A stretch of 32,241 nt of DNA, taken from IMG/VR virus record IMGVR_UViG_3300011339_000773, positions 1 through 32,241 of that record; one strand, 5' to 3'. The position numbers and the translations under genes are program-made. Origin of the DNA: a virus (taxonomy: Duplodnaviria > Caudoviricetes). The notes beneath the pieces are model-generated. The model worked only from the letters and a program-made list of their open reading frames with translations, was not told the origin of the DNA and did no database searches. Positions 8,986 through 17,963 of the stretch are shown piece by piece. How positions within the stretch are numbered: the first letter of the stretch is position 1; each line of letters begins with the position of its first letter.

Positions 8986-9752
8986 GCAACGTCATTCAAT
9001 TCAGCATCACCGGCGACACTAACGCCGAGCAGGTTGCCGGACGTGCTAAGGCCGCCGTCGGTGGTCTGGATAAACAGATGGACGGCATCGGCAAGAAGTT
9101 CGGCTCAGGCTTTAAGGACATCTTCCTGTCCTTTCTCGGCCCTATGGCGCTCCTTGGCACGGCCATGGCGTTCATCGGTAAGATTATCGCTGATAACCAG
9201 AAGAAGCACGAAGACGCCAATCAGGCGGCTATCGACGGAACTAACTCCCTGATGTCTGCCGAGGACAAATACTGGGCTAACAAAAAGAACAACGAGAAGA
9301 AGGCCGCTGAAGACAGCGAGGCCGCCAAGATTCAACGCATCAAGACCACCGAGGAGTTCCTTGCGACCGATGCCGCCGACGAGATTGTATCTCGTGAAAT
9401 GAAGAAACGTGGCGTTCTCATTGAGTCCTCTTTTATCCGTGGTCAGATTGCCTTAGACCCCAAGGTTCAAAACGAAGTGCAGGGCCTTATCTCCAAAGAG
9501 GCAGCCGCCGCTGGTGCTGGTGGATCTGGCCCAATCGGCAACGCTTTCAAAGCCCCTGAAGGTTTCGGCAACGTCATCGGCGTAGGCGCTAACCCGGTGC
9601 TTGAGGCCATGACCTCACAGCTGGAAGAGGCCAAGCGCACTAACGACCTGCTTGCCACGATTGCCAACGCTGGCGGTGGACGCACGACCTCCTGGCTAAA
9701 CGCTGCCGACGCTCCCGCCCCTTCCCGCGCATCCATGCTCAAGAGCAAATAA
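8982..9752 (+). CDS. Short tape measure protein (putative)
   Basis: 256 aa; N-terminal ITGDT followed by a helical G/A/K-rich segment and hydrophobic stretch; C-terminal QLEEAKRTNDLLATIA; canonical position. Confidence 0.6.
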   Translation: MSNVIQFSITGDTNAEQVAGRAKAAVGGLDKQMDGIGKKFGSGFKDIFLSFLGPMALLGTAMAFIGKIIADNQKKHEDANQAAIDGTNSLMSAEDKYWANKKNNEKKAAEDSEAAKIQRIKTTEEFLATDAADEIVSREMKKRGVLIESSFIRGQIALDPKVQNEVQGLISKEAAAAGAGGSGPIGNAFKAPEGFGNVIGVGANPVLEAMTSQLEEAKRTNDLLATIANAGGGRTTSWLNAADAPAPSRASMLKSK

Positions 9753-9756
9753 CTTT

Positions 9757-10662
9757 ATGGCACGTCAAGACTACGGCAACGACCTAACGACCCCGGTGCA
9801 ACAGCCAGGGGGCAAACTTAGTAACGACGGCTACGGCCTGCTTACGGCTACGGTCGTCTGGAAGGCTAACACCAATAACGATCTGTCGGTCGGCAACCGA
9901 GGCTCGACCTGTCCGCTTAACCCGCAGCTCGCCGCGCACAAGTTCTCCGTCACCTACGACAACCTAGGCATGGCCGTAATCACGGTGGACTATATCGGCA
10001 TCGACCTGACCACTAACGGTGGCGTCTACACTAACCCGGAGGTTGCCGCGTCTAACGGCCTGACCTCTGAGAGCATCACGACTAACCCTAACTTCTTTAC
10101 CACTGGTGGGGATGGTTACGTAGGTTTGATTGCTGGCCCTCAAGGTTCGTTTGCTCAGTCCCCCCTTGGCCCGCTAGTTGAGATTAAGAATACTGGGGAC
10201 TATGTTCAAGTTGTCGCCGGATCAACTGTTGCCCTTGTTAACAAGAAACAGTCCTACATCGGACAGCACGGCGCTTGCTTTGAGTCCTCAAACGGTGGCC
10301 GCTTTATTGGCTTCGTTGACCCAACATATCGCCACTTCTACGGAAAGACTAACTACCTTGCCCCTCAGTCCTCCTTCTCCGGCCACTTCTACACAAGCGA
10401 AGCCCTAGAGGTTCAGAATATGCTATCCTACCTTGGGACCACGTCTTACGACAACGACTGGGCTGGCGTCCTTCCGACGATTGTCCCGACCTACGCTGGC
10501 ACGACTTGGCACGCCTCAGCTGAGAACGGCGCTTACGATCAGCTGTTACTTTCTCAGGTCAACGTGCAGGACTACGGTTTGCTATATAAGGTTAACTACG
10601 AGGTGCGGTATAACGTGCAAGGCTGGCCGGACGAGGTATACCGTAAGTCAAGCATCCTATAA
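9757..10662 (+). CDS. Tail tip/baseplate protein (putative)
   Basis: 301 aa Tyr/Thr/Gly-rich protein following the tape measure gene. Confidence 0.5.
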   Translation: MARQDYGNDLTTPVQQPGGKLSNDGYGLLTATVVWKANTNNDLSVGNRGSTCPLNPQLAAHKFSVTYDNLGMAVITVDYIGIDLTTNGGVYTNPEVAASNGLTSESITTNPNFFTTGGDGYVGLIAGPQGSFAQSPLGPLVEIKNTGDYVQVVAGSTVALVNKKQSYIGQHGACFESSNGGRFIGFVDPTYRHFYGKTNYLAPQSSFSGHFYTSEALEVQNMLSYLGTTSYDNDWAGVLPTIVPTYAGTTWHASAENGAYDQLLLSQVNVQDYGLLYKVNYEVRYNVQGWPDEVYRKSSIL

Positions 10663-10665
10663 AAC

Positions 10666-12417
10666 ATGAGCACCATCCAGCCCGGCGACGGATATAACCT
10701 ATCGGCTTCGTCTAGCGGATTCACTCTGGATATTGATAAGCCATGGACGCCCCCTATCGGCGATGGCCTCTACCTGGGCGTAACTTTCCCTGAGATTCTT
10801 TTCCCTGACATCAACGGCCCCGGCTTCCCTGATGTACCGACAAACCTTGTCCAGCAGTTTCAGGTCGAGACTGTTGTAGCCGGTGCAATCCAGTATGTCC
10901 GTATCGCTTCAGGCGCTGTTAACTTCACGGTTTCCAATATGCCTGAAATCTACAAGGGAGCCGTTAACGACACCCGGCAGGCTTGGATCTACGCGGCAGC
11001 CGTTCGCCCTGGCATCACTGCGGTGGACGGTGGCGACCCTGACAGCCCTTGGATGGAGAACGGCGGCTACTATGCGATGCCCTCAAGCGGTACTTACTAC
11101 GTCACCATCTCCAAGTTGGACATGGCTGGGTCTACTTCTAGTTCTGCCTTGATTCAGGAAAACGTTCCGTTCGTTTCTATCTTCGCAGAAACCGACCCAG
11201 TCGCGGCAAAGATTTTCTCGCAGACTGGTTCGTCTCAGTACGTGAACATGACCAACGTCCAGAAGATGGCCGGATATGACGCGGCCTCGACTGGCCTTAC
11301 CGGAGACTTTGGCAACTGCCACACGACTTGGTTTCTCCCTGTTCACTGGGGCTATTCCGTAAAGTTAATCGCAGTCATTTCTGCTTACACGCCTCCAGTC
11401 GTTGTGCCGACCGTCGAAGTGCTACACGCGGCCACGGCCACCAGCAACGAGGTGCACCGTATTACCCTGCCCCCTGCCGCTAAGAAGTCTGGTAGTTTCC
11501 AGCTACAGTACGCGCCCGGCTTCACGACGGATACCACCGATCCGTTCGACCCCTTTAACCCCCTTAACAGTGGCAACCTGTCCGGGCAGTTCCAGTGGAA
11601 CCTGGCTAACTCCCTGAAGGCCATTCAAGAGCTAAGGGGAAGCACCAGCGTTACCGCGTCTGCAGAGAACAAGTTAGACATTACTTACCTGAACGGTCTG
11701 GCGAATACCTCAGTAGCAGTGCCAGCCATTATTAACAACACCGTTGGTATCCCGACAACGACCTACGAAGTGTCGCAACAGGTCATTGGTTCAATCGACC
11801 TGTCCATCCCCCTCCAATTCATCGGGACAACCTTGATGAATGTGCCCGGATGGACTGAGGCCGCCGACGATCCTTACAACGCCTACGAGGCAAACAACTG
11901 GAACGACGTTTCTAACTATCTGCAAAAGGACGACCTCGAAAGCATCGTGCCTAACAACCTTGTTTTCTACGACCTGCTTATCGGACCAGCAGACTGGACG
12001 GCTGCAGACTTCTCATGGACGTCCTACGGCTCCTGCATCCCAGAGCCTAGCCCAAGCAACGACCATCCTTATAAGGTCGTGTTCGACAGCAGCTCGGGCG
12101 GCTTGGACACGTTCAGCATCATCACTGGTTCGACCAACAACGTCATCCCTGGCAACATCGCCAGCACCATCACCGTCAGTTCTGGCTCTTACGACGTATG
12201 GATCAAGCATCCTTACCTCTCGCCAAACTTCCCAGACGCGGCTGGCTTCGAGTGGGACATCGGTACGCCTGTACCGTCCGACACCGACGCCGAAGGTTAT
12301 ATCCTCATCGCTACGGTCAGCGGCTCGACCGTCACGCAGATTGTCACCGGCTCGCTGTGGGCTGACCGCCTCAAGCTGGGAACGCAGACGGCGCAATACT
12401 ACTTCGCCCGCGTATAA
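10666..12417 (+). CDS. Minor tail/structural protein
   Basis: 583 aa acidic, Thr/Ser/Pro-rich, in the tail module. Confidence 0.5.
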   Translation: MSTIQPGDGYNLSASSSGFTLDIDKPWTPPIGDGLYLGVTFPEILFPDINGPGFPDVPTNLVQQFQVETVVAGAIQYVRIASGAVNFTVSNMPEIYKGAVNDTRQAWIYAAAVRPGITAVDGGDPDSPWMENGGYYAMPSSGTYYVTISKLDMAGSTSSSALIQENVPFVSIFAETDPVAAKIFSQTGSSQYVNMTNVQKMAGYDAASTGLTGDFGNCHTTWFLPVHWGYSVKLIAVISAYTPPVVVPTVEVLHAATATSNEVHRITLPPAAKKSGSFQLQYAPGFTTDTTDPFDPFNPLNSGNLSGQFQWNLANSLKAIQELRGSTSVTASAENKLDITYLNGLANTSVAVPAIINNTVGIPTTTYEVSQQVIGSIDLSIPLQFIGTTLMNVPGWTEAADDPYNAYEANNWNDVSNYLQKDDLESIVPNNLVFYDLLIGPADWTAADFSWTSYGSCIPEPSPSNDHPYKVVFDSSSGGLDTFSIITGSTNNVIPGNIASTITVSSGSYDVWIKHPYLSPNFPDAAGFEWDIGTPVPSDTDAEGYILIATVSGSTVTQIVTGSLWADRLKLGTQTAQYYFARV

Positions 12418-12935
12418 TGGGCTTCCTCATCGGAGCACCAAGCGCAAGCGGCTGGAGCCTGTCCACTTGGGGTAAGCTTCGCCGTGCGGCTGGGCAGTAT
12501 CAAGACCAGGGAAGGTATTCGCCCTTTTTCATAATTGCCTACGACCTTCCCGACGTTCCCATCGAAGACTTTAATCAAGAATACACCGTGGGAACCTTCG
12601 GTAACTATTTCAAGTCAGCGGCAACTGGCAGCGGATGGCTAAAGGGAGGGTTCGATTTTACTTCGGTATCCGTGCCGTCCCTTGGTAATTTTACCATTCC
12701 CTACGTCTGGTTATTTACAGGCCCTTTCCCAGCCACAGGCATGGACGTGGAGCTGCGTTACTTTGACCAGGATGCCTACGTGGGCGAACTCACTGGGGAA
12801 ACCGTTGTCTTTCAGCCTGCCCCGCCTAACGACACCTTTGTTATTACAGGCGCCATGGCAACAGGCTCGGTCAATGTGCCCGGTGATAACGGCACACCTA
12901 TCATAAGTATCGGTAAACTCGTCCAAATCACCTAA
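12417..12935 (+). CDS. Hypothetical tail-associated protein
   Basis: 172 aa, TAATG-coupled to the previous gene; aromatic-rich. Confidence 0.5.
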   Translation: MGFLIGAPSASGWSLSTWGKLRRAAGQYQDQGRYSPFFIIAYDLPDVPIEDFNQEYTVGTFGNYFKSAATGSGWLKGGFDFTSVSVPSLGNFTIPYVWLFTGPFPATGMDVELRYFDQDAYVGELTGETVVFQPAPPNDTFVITGAMATGSVNVPGDNGTPIISIGKLVQIT

Positions 12936-12956
12936 ACCCTACTTTTCCCGCAATAA
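12935..12956 (+). promoter_or_regulatory. Late-gene bipartite motif, copy 4 (variant)
   Basis: AACCCTAC ttttcccg CAATAA gtagc ATG(12962). Confidence 0.6.
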
Positions 12957-12961
12957 GTAGC

Positions 12962-13279
12962 ATGGCTAACACCGCTTCTTTCTCGCGTGGAGACTCATTC
13001 GGGTGCACTTGGACCTGGACGCCTGGGGCTGGTGAGCCTGCCAACCTCCTGACGACCACGATTACGTCGGACATTCAGGACCGCTGCGGAAACCTTTACG
13101 CGCTTACGGTGACGATTGCTGGAAACGGCCTGTCTTTTACGACGAACTACACTGGCGATACGTCCGATTGGGCGGTCGGTCAGGCTAACTGGGACATCAG
13201 GTTTGTATTCGCTGGATCGCCCACGACTCACTCGCAACAGTTCCGCGTAATCATTGCGGACACGGTTACCAAAGCCTAA
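12962..13279 (+). CDS. Fibre adaptor, BppU N-terminal-like (putative)
   Basis: 105 aa; RGDSF...DTSDW...ANWDIRF pattern; immediately before the fibre gene. Confidence 0.5.
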   Translation: MANTASFSRGDSFGCTWTWTPGAGEPANLLTTTITSDIQDRCGNLYALTVTIAGNGLSFTTNYTGDTSDWAVGQANWDIRFVFAGSPTTHSQQFRVIIADTVTKA

Positions 13280-13283
13280 TTTT

Positions 13284-16091
13284 ATGGCAGTCATTACCGG
13301 CACGTTTAATAGTCTCGTTAGCGGGACCATCACTGGCGTGTTTCAGAACACGGCTGGGGGTGTCCTCTCTGGCGTCATCGGTACGCCCGGACCCGCTGGG
13401 GCCACAGGAGCCACCGGGGCCACTGGGGCCACCGGCGCGGCGGGTGCACCTGGTGCTCCTGGCGTGGGCGTTCCTGCAGCGGGTAGTACCGGGCAGGTCC
13501 TCCAGAAATTATCTGCGACCTCCTACGACACTGGCTGGCTGACCCTCCCCGCTGATTACATCACTTCGGTGACGGCTCCCCTAGCTGTTGCCTCGGGTGT
13601 CCTGTCGGTAGACCTGTCCACTTACCTGCTCAAGGCTGGCGGCTACATCACCGGCGACATTCAATCGAGCAACAACTCGGCTTACCGCAGCTGGAACGGC
13701 GCGTATAACACATCAGTCCTAAAGGCTGACTATCTTCAACTGGGGAACAGCAACATCGGCGGCAATACCCTTACGGTCGAATGGGACGGCATCACTTTTG
13801 CCGACGGCAAGCAGACGGTCAAATACCCTGGAGCAAGCATCCTCACCGGCTACGCGCTGGAGTCATGGGTTACAGCTGGCTTCTACCCCCTCTCTGGCAA
13901 CCCCAGCGGATTCCTCACGGCGTCCTCCCTGACTGGCTACGCTACCCAGTCCTTCGTCACTAGCCAGGGCTACATCACGCAGGCCACGGCAGACGGTCTT
14001 TACTACCCGCTCTCGGGCAACCCTTCGGCTTTCCTCGTCGCGGCTGACATCACCGGCAAGGCCAACCTCGCTAGCCCCTCCTTTACGGGCAACGTCACGA
14101 TCACGACCTCGACTGGTGCGGCGCTCTTCATCGAGCAGTCCGGGTCGGGCAACATCCTGACCCTGCATGACCAGGCTACGGACACGAACTTCGTTGCCAT
14201 CGACGCAAACGGCAAAATCAATACCGTCACCACCGACGCCACGACCGCTGGCCTGAACATCCCGCACACCACGGTTGCCCCGACTAGCCCGGTCAACGGC
14301 GACATCTGGACCACCACCAGTGGCGTCTTTGCGCGCATCAACGCTAGCACGACTCAGCTGATGAACCTGAGTAGCACCCAGACCGTCTCGGGTAGCATCA
14401 CTTTCTCCAACGCTTCTCAGACCCTCGGCAGCTCTACGGCGACCGGCACGATTAACGTGGCTTCGGGTGCGACTGTCAGCGGCTCGACCAAGACGGTCAA
14501 CGTGGCAACGAGTGGGGTCTCTGGCTCGACCACGACTACAACGATTGGCCCTGTCCTCGGTGCTTCGACCACCTCGATTGGCGGCACGACCGCCGCATCT
14601 ACCCTTAACCTGGCTACGGGTGCGACCCTGGCGGCCACGACCAAGGCCGTGAACATCGGCACCTCTGGCATTGCTGGCTCGACTACGAACATTGCCATCG
14701 GTTCGACCACCGGCACTTCGACGACCACGCTCCAAGGCACGACCAACGGCAATACCGCCGCGGTCGATACCAACAGCGTTGCCCTGGCGACCACCGCCTA
14801 CGTTGTCGGTCAGGCTGGCTCGGCTACTCCGCTCGTCGATGGCACGGCTACTGTCGGCACCTCCCTCCGCTACGCCCGCCAGGATCACGTCCACCCGACG
14901 GACACCTCCCGCGCCGCGCTGGCCTCTCCGACCTTCACTGGCACGCCCCTCTCGACGACCGCCGCTGTCGACACAAACACGACTCAGATTGCCACGACCG
15001 CCTACGTTGTTGGTCAGGCTGGCACGGCTACCCCTGTTGTTGACGGAACCGCCGCAGTCGGCACGTCCCTCCGCTACGCTCGTCAGGATCACGTCCACCC
15101 GACTGATACGAGCAGGGCCGCGCTGGCAAGCCCGACCTTTACCGGCACGCCTCTGTCCACGACCGCGGCTGTCGATACGAATACCACGCAAATCGCTACC
15201 ACGGCTTATGTTGTCGGCCAAGGGTACGCCAAGCTCGCAAGCCCGACCTTCACCGGCACTCCGACCCTACCGACGGGCACGATCGCGACGACGCAGTCCT
15301 CTGGCAACAACACCACGGCGGTCGCCACCACGGCGTTCGTGACGGCGGCTGTTCCGTCGTTTGCGACCGAGACGCAGGCCGTTACGGGAACCTCTGCGAC
15401 TACTGGCCTGAGCCCTTCGCTTGCTAACTTTGCGATGGCGCGAGGTAGGTCTCAAAGGTTTGATTATATCAACTCCACGTCAGTGTCAGGGAACGGTGCA
15501 GTTACTACTGGCTATGCGGGCTTTCGCGAGATGTATACAGGCAGCACTGGAACTGTTGGTCGTGCTGGTTGGTACGCAGGTCAAAACTTTGGGATCTCTC
15601 TTACAGTATTTTCAACTAAGGCTCACGAGCTTCGGGTAGACTTCTCAAAGAAGATTTGGCTCTTTGGCAGGTTTGGTGCTTCAAACGCAAGTTATCTCGG
15701 CGATGCAAATACGATCTTACGAATCACTGTTGGCGGATATGCAACCGCAACGACTGGAGCACTGACAAGCGTAGGATTTGGACTGAGTAAGGTCGGAGGC
15801 GTTGCAAGTTTCGTCAATTTAGTAGTGCACAACGGGACTACAGAGACTTCAGTCGCAACGACTGTTGCCCTCACAGCGACGCAAATCTCCGATTATGCAA
15901 TTTACTCCGACGGCGCTGGTAACGTGACGCTATTCTTAGACGGCGTGCAGGCGGCGACAACGTCCGCAGGGCCTACTACCGCTTCAGCCAGCTTCGCCGG
16001 TATTTACAGAGAACAAGTTGAGTCGACCGCATCAGCCGCCGTAAGGTACTTAATGCACTGTTACGGAGGCGGTATCATTTTAGAATCATGA
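13284..16091 (+). CDS. Long tail fibre / receptor-binding protein
   Basis: 935 aa from ATG 13284; collagen-like GXY run (GPAGATGATGATGATGAAGAPGAP), GQVLQK motif, tail-fibre repeats LASPTFTGTP and TTQIATTAYV, distinct C-terminal domain. Confidence 0.85.
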   Translation: MAVITGTFNSLVSGTITGVFQNTAGGVLSGVIGTPGPAGATGATGATGATGAAGAPGAPGVGVPAAGSTGQVLQKLSATSYDTGWLTLPADYITSVTAPLAVASGVLSVDLSTYLLKAGGYITGDIQSSNNSAYRSWNGAYNTSVLKADYLQLGNSNIGGNTLTVEWDGITFADGKQTVKYPGASILTGYALESWVTAGFYPLSGNPSGFLTASSLTGYATQSFVTSQGYITQATADGLYYPLSGNPSAFLVAADITGKANLASPSFTGNVTITTSTGAALFIEQSGSGNILTLHDQATDTNFVAIDANGKINTVTTDATTAGLNIPHTTVAPTSPVNGDIWTTTSGVFARINASTTQLMNLSSTQTVSGSITFSNASQTLGSSTATGTINVASGATVSGSTKTVNVATSGVSGSTTTTTIGPVLGASTTSIGGTTAASTLNLATGATLAATTKAVNIGTSGIAGSTTNIAIGSTTGTSTTTLQGTTNGNTAAVDTNSVALATTAYVVGQAGSATPLVDGTATVGTSLRYARQDHVHPTDTSRAALASPTFTGTPLSTTAAVDTNTTQIATTAYVVGQAGTATPVVDGTAAVGTSLRYARQDHVHPTDTSRAALASPTFTGTPLSTTAAVDTNTTQIATTAYVVGQGYAKLASPTFTGTPTLPTGTIATTQSSGNNTTAVATTAFVTAAVPSFATETQAVTGTSATTGLSPSLANFAMARGRSQRFDYINSTSVSGNGAVTTGYAGFREMYTGSTGTVGRAGWYAGQNFGISLTVFSTKAHELRVDFSKKIWLFGRFGASNASYLGDANTILRITVGGYATATTGALTSVGFGLSKVGGVASFVNLVVHNGTTETSVATTVALTATQISDYAIYSDGAGNVTLFLDGVQAATTSAGPTTASASFAGIYREQVESTASAAVRYLMHCYGGGIILES
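14754..15263 (+). repeat. Intragenic tandem repeat, 204 bp (68 aa) period, two full copies plus a partial third
   Basis: TAAVDTN starts at 14754, 14958 and 15162; YARQDHVHPTDTSRAALASPTFTGTP occurs twice. Confidence 0.9.
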
Positions 16092-16282
16092 TCACTTACA
16101 AAATATCAATGCTGGGTGCAACGCTGGCGGACCCCTATCAACTGCTGGCCGCAGTGTTCCCGCAGCGCAACGGAGAGCCTGCCGAATCTGATGGTTGTGC
16201 CGTCACCGTCACCTTCGACACCCCGCAGACCCCCGCCGACCTCGGCCCCCTCGTCAAAGTCGAAGTCATCCCGAACCCATGA
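16088..16282 (+). CDS. Small fibre-associated protein/chaperone (putative)
   Basis: 64 aa, ATGA-coupled to the fibre gene. Confidence 0.5.
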   Translation: MITYKISMLGATLADPYQLLAAVFPQRNGEPAESDGCAVTVTFDTPQTPADLGPLVKVEVIPNP

Positions 16283-16410
16283 TCACGCACCTCGCCGCCC
16301 TCCTGATCGGCTTCGTCGCCGGTGCTCTCGTCTTCCGCAAGCACGCTGGCAAAGCCTCCGAACTCGAAGCCAAAGGCCGCCAAGCCCTCGACGCCCTCAA
16401 GGGCAAGTAA
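16279..16410 (+). CDS. Small single-TM membrane protein
   Basis: 43 aa MITHLAALLIGFVAGALVFRKH...; ATGA overlap at 16279. Confidence 0.65.
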   Translation: MITHLAALLIGFVAGALVFRKHAGKASELEAKGRQALDALKGK

Positions 16411-16413
16411 GCC

Positions 16414-17136
16414 GTGCGCTCGCTCCTGGTCATCGCTCTCTGCCTGACCGGGTGCAGCACGTCTCCCGACCCGCTGCCGAAACAGCCGGACGCCCCGACT
16501 AAGGAGTCAGTCGTCACGACCCTAGGCAAAGACCTCGACAAGACTGATCACCGCGTCGGCGCTGCCCTTGTCGCTATCGAGCGTAACGCAACCTCCCCCA
16601 AGGTGGTCGTCGCCGAGTCCCGCCTTGCCCAGTCCTATCTCCCTGCCCCTCCGGAGGCCGATGTCGCCTTCGCTATGGCCCGAGCCACCAAGGCCGACCC
16701 GCTCGATTACAAGAAGCAGATGGAGTTTGGCCGCAAGTTAGCCACCGCCGTCACCTTAGCCTGGGAGAAGCTCGAGGCCGACCAAAAGGAAAGCCTACGC
16801 ATCTCTCAGCTCAAGGACGCCCGCATCAAGGAACTCACCGCCGAGGTCGAGCGCGTGAAGAAGGAAGCCGCGTCAAACCTTTGGACTCTGGCCGCAGTCG
16901 GGACGGCAGTAGCCGGTGCTCTGGCGATGGCTTTCCTAGGTCCCAAGGTGGGCGTGAGTCTGCTCCTCTCAGCTGGAGCCATTGGGGCTTTCCCCTTTAT
17001 CGTGGAGTCTGAGTATTTCTCCTACATCATCGGAACCGCTCTGGCCTTGGCTGCTGGCCTAGGGCTGTGGTATCTCTGGGACAAGGTCAAAGACGCCAAC
17101 AACAAACCCGATGAGCAGCCCCCGCCCCAAGTCTGA
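16414..17136 (+). CDS. Lipoprotein with coiled coil and C-terminal TM helices (spanin-like, putative)
   Basis: Signal peptide with lipobox LTGC, helical middle, 2-3 hydrophobic segments near the C-terminus. Confidence 0.6.
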   Translation: MRSLLVIALCLTGCSTSPDPLPKQPDAPTKESVVTTLGKDLDKTDHRVGAALVAIERNATSPKVVVAESRLAQSYLPAPPEADVAFAMARATKADPLDYKKQMEFGRKLATAVTLAWEKLEADQKESLRISQLKDARIKELTAEVERVKKEAASNLWTLAAVGTAVAGALAMAFLGPKVGVSLLLSAGAIGAFPFIVESEYFSYIIGTALALAAGLGLWYLWDKVKDANNKPDEQPPPQV

Positions 17137-17425
17137 CCCGCCTGCCGTCCAATACGGCGAGCCTCACTTTACCTTCCGCGTCCTCGGCAGGGTTAAGCCT
17201 ACCCACGATCCGAAGTGCCCGACTCCTTTCGGCTACTGCTGGAAAGGCTTCGGCGATATCCACGTGGACCCCAGACAGTCGGAAGAGGAGATGATAGACA
17301 CGGTCGCCCACGAGTTACTCCACGACGCTCTGCCATACCTCGACGAAGAGGCTGTCGAGAAAGCCGCCAACAGGATTGCCTCTGCCATGTGGAAACTTGG
17401 CTACCGGAGAACCGTTATCCAATGA
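17111..17425 (+). CDS. Small HExxH zinc metalloprotease-like protein
   Basis: 104 aa; IHVDP...DTVAHELLH...EEAVE. Confidence 0.7.
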   Translation: MSSPRPKSDPPAVQYGEPHFTFRVLGRVKPTHDPKCPTPFGYCWKGFGDIHVDPRQSEEEMIDTVAHELLHDALPYLDEEAVEKAANRIASAMWKLGYRRTVIQ

Positions 17426-17592
17426 CCGTCGAGACGTTCCTGACGATTGGCGTCCCCTCTCTGGCCTCGCTGGCGTATGCGTCTGCGGGCATCGCTCACT
17501 TTTTCATTACTAAGAACTACCCCATGAGTCTCATGTTCGCCTGTTATGCCGTGGCTAACCTGGCGTTACTGACCTCGACCCTCCGCAAATGA
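17422..17592 (+). CDS. Small two-TM membrane protein
   Basis: 56 aa from ATG 17422 (ATGA overlap); two hydrophobic helices. Confidence 0.6.
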   Translation: MTVETFLTIGVPSLASLAYASAGIAHFFITKNYPMSLMFACYAVANLALLTSTLRK

Positions 17593-17963
17593 GCGCGCCC
17601 CTTGACCCGGAGGCTATCTCAACAGAAGTAAAGCAGGCTGGTATTGCCGGTCTTCTCGGCATGATGGGAATGGCCGTTAAGATTATTCTGACAGAGGAAA
17701 AGATGCGTATCGGCCAGATACTCCTTCACCTGTTCGCGGCTATCATTGTGTCTATCCTATCCGGCTACGCCTTGTCTGATTACGTCACTAGCCAGAAGAT
17801 GCTCTGGGCGGCTAACGGCGTCTCTGGGTTTATGGCTATTCGCATCGCTATGTGGGCCGAACGTGTCGTCGGTAAGAAGCTCGACGAAGCCGAAGCCAAG
17901 ATCGGCAAGAAAACCAAACCCAAGAAGACCAATGCAAAGCGACCAGCCAAGCGCCGCAAGTAA
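17589..17963 (+). CDS. Holin (putative)
   Basis: 124 aa; 2-3 TM segments and a highly basic C-terminal tail (KKTKPKKTNAKRPAKRRK). Confidence 0.6.
   Translation: MSAPLDPEAISTEVKQAGIAGLLGMMGMAVKIILTEEKMRIGQILLHLFAAIIVSILSGYALSDYVTSQKMLWAANGVSGFMAIRIAMWAERVVGKKLDEAEAKIGKKTKPKKTNAKRPAKRRK

Noticed and set aside
13863-15221. 452-aa minus-strand ORF, and similar long antisense ORFs (3982-4788, 5582-6265, 18356-19213, 20620-21270, 29763-30320)
   Set aside because: They lie opposite well-supported genes, have no recognisable motifs, and are the expected shadow of GC-rich codon bias.
14754-16091. Possible diversity-generating retroelement TR/VR pair in the tail fibre
   Set aside because: No reverse transcriptase in the genome; differences between copies are synonymous and not adenine-specific.
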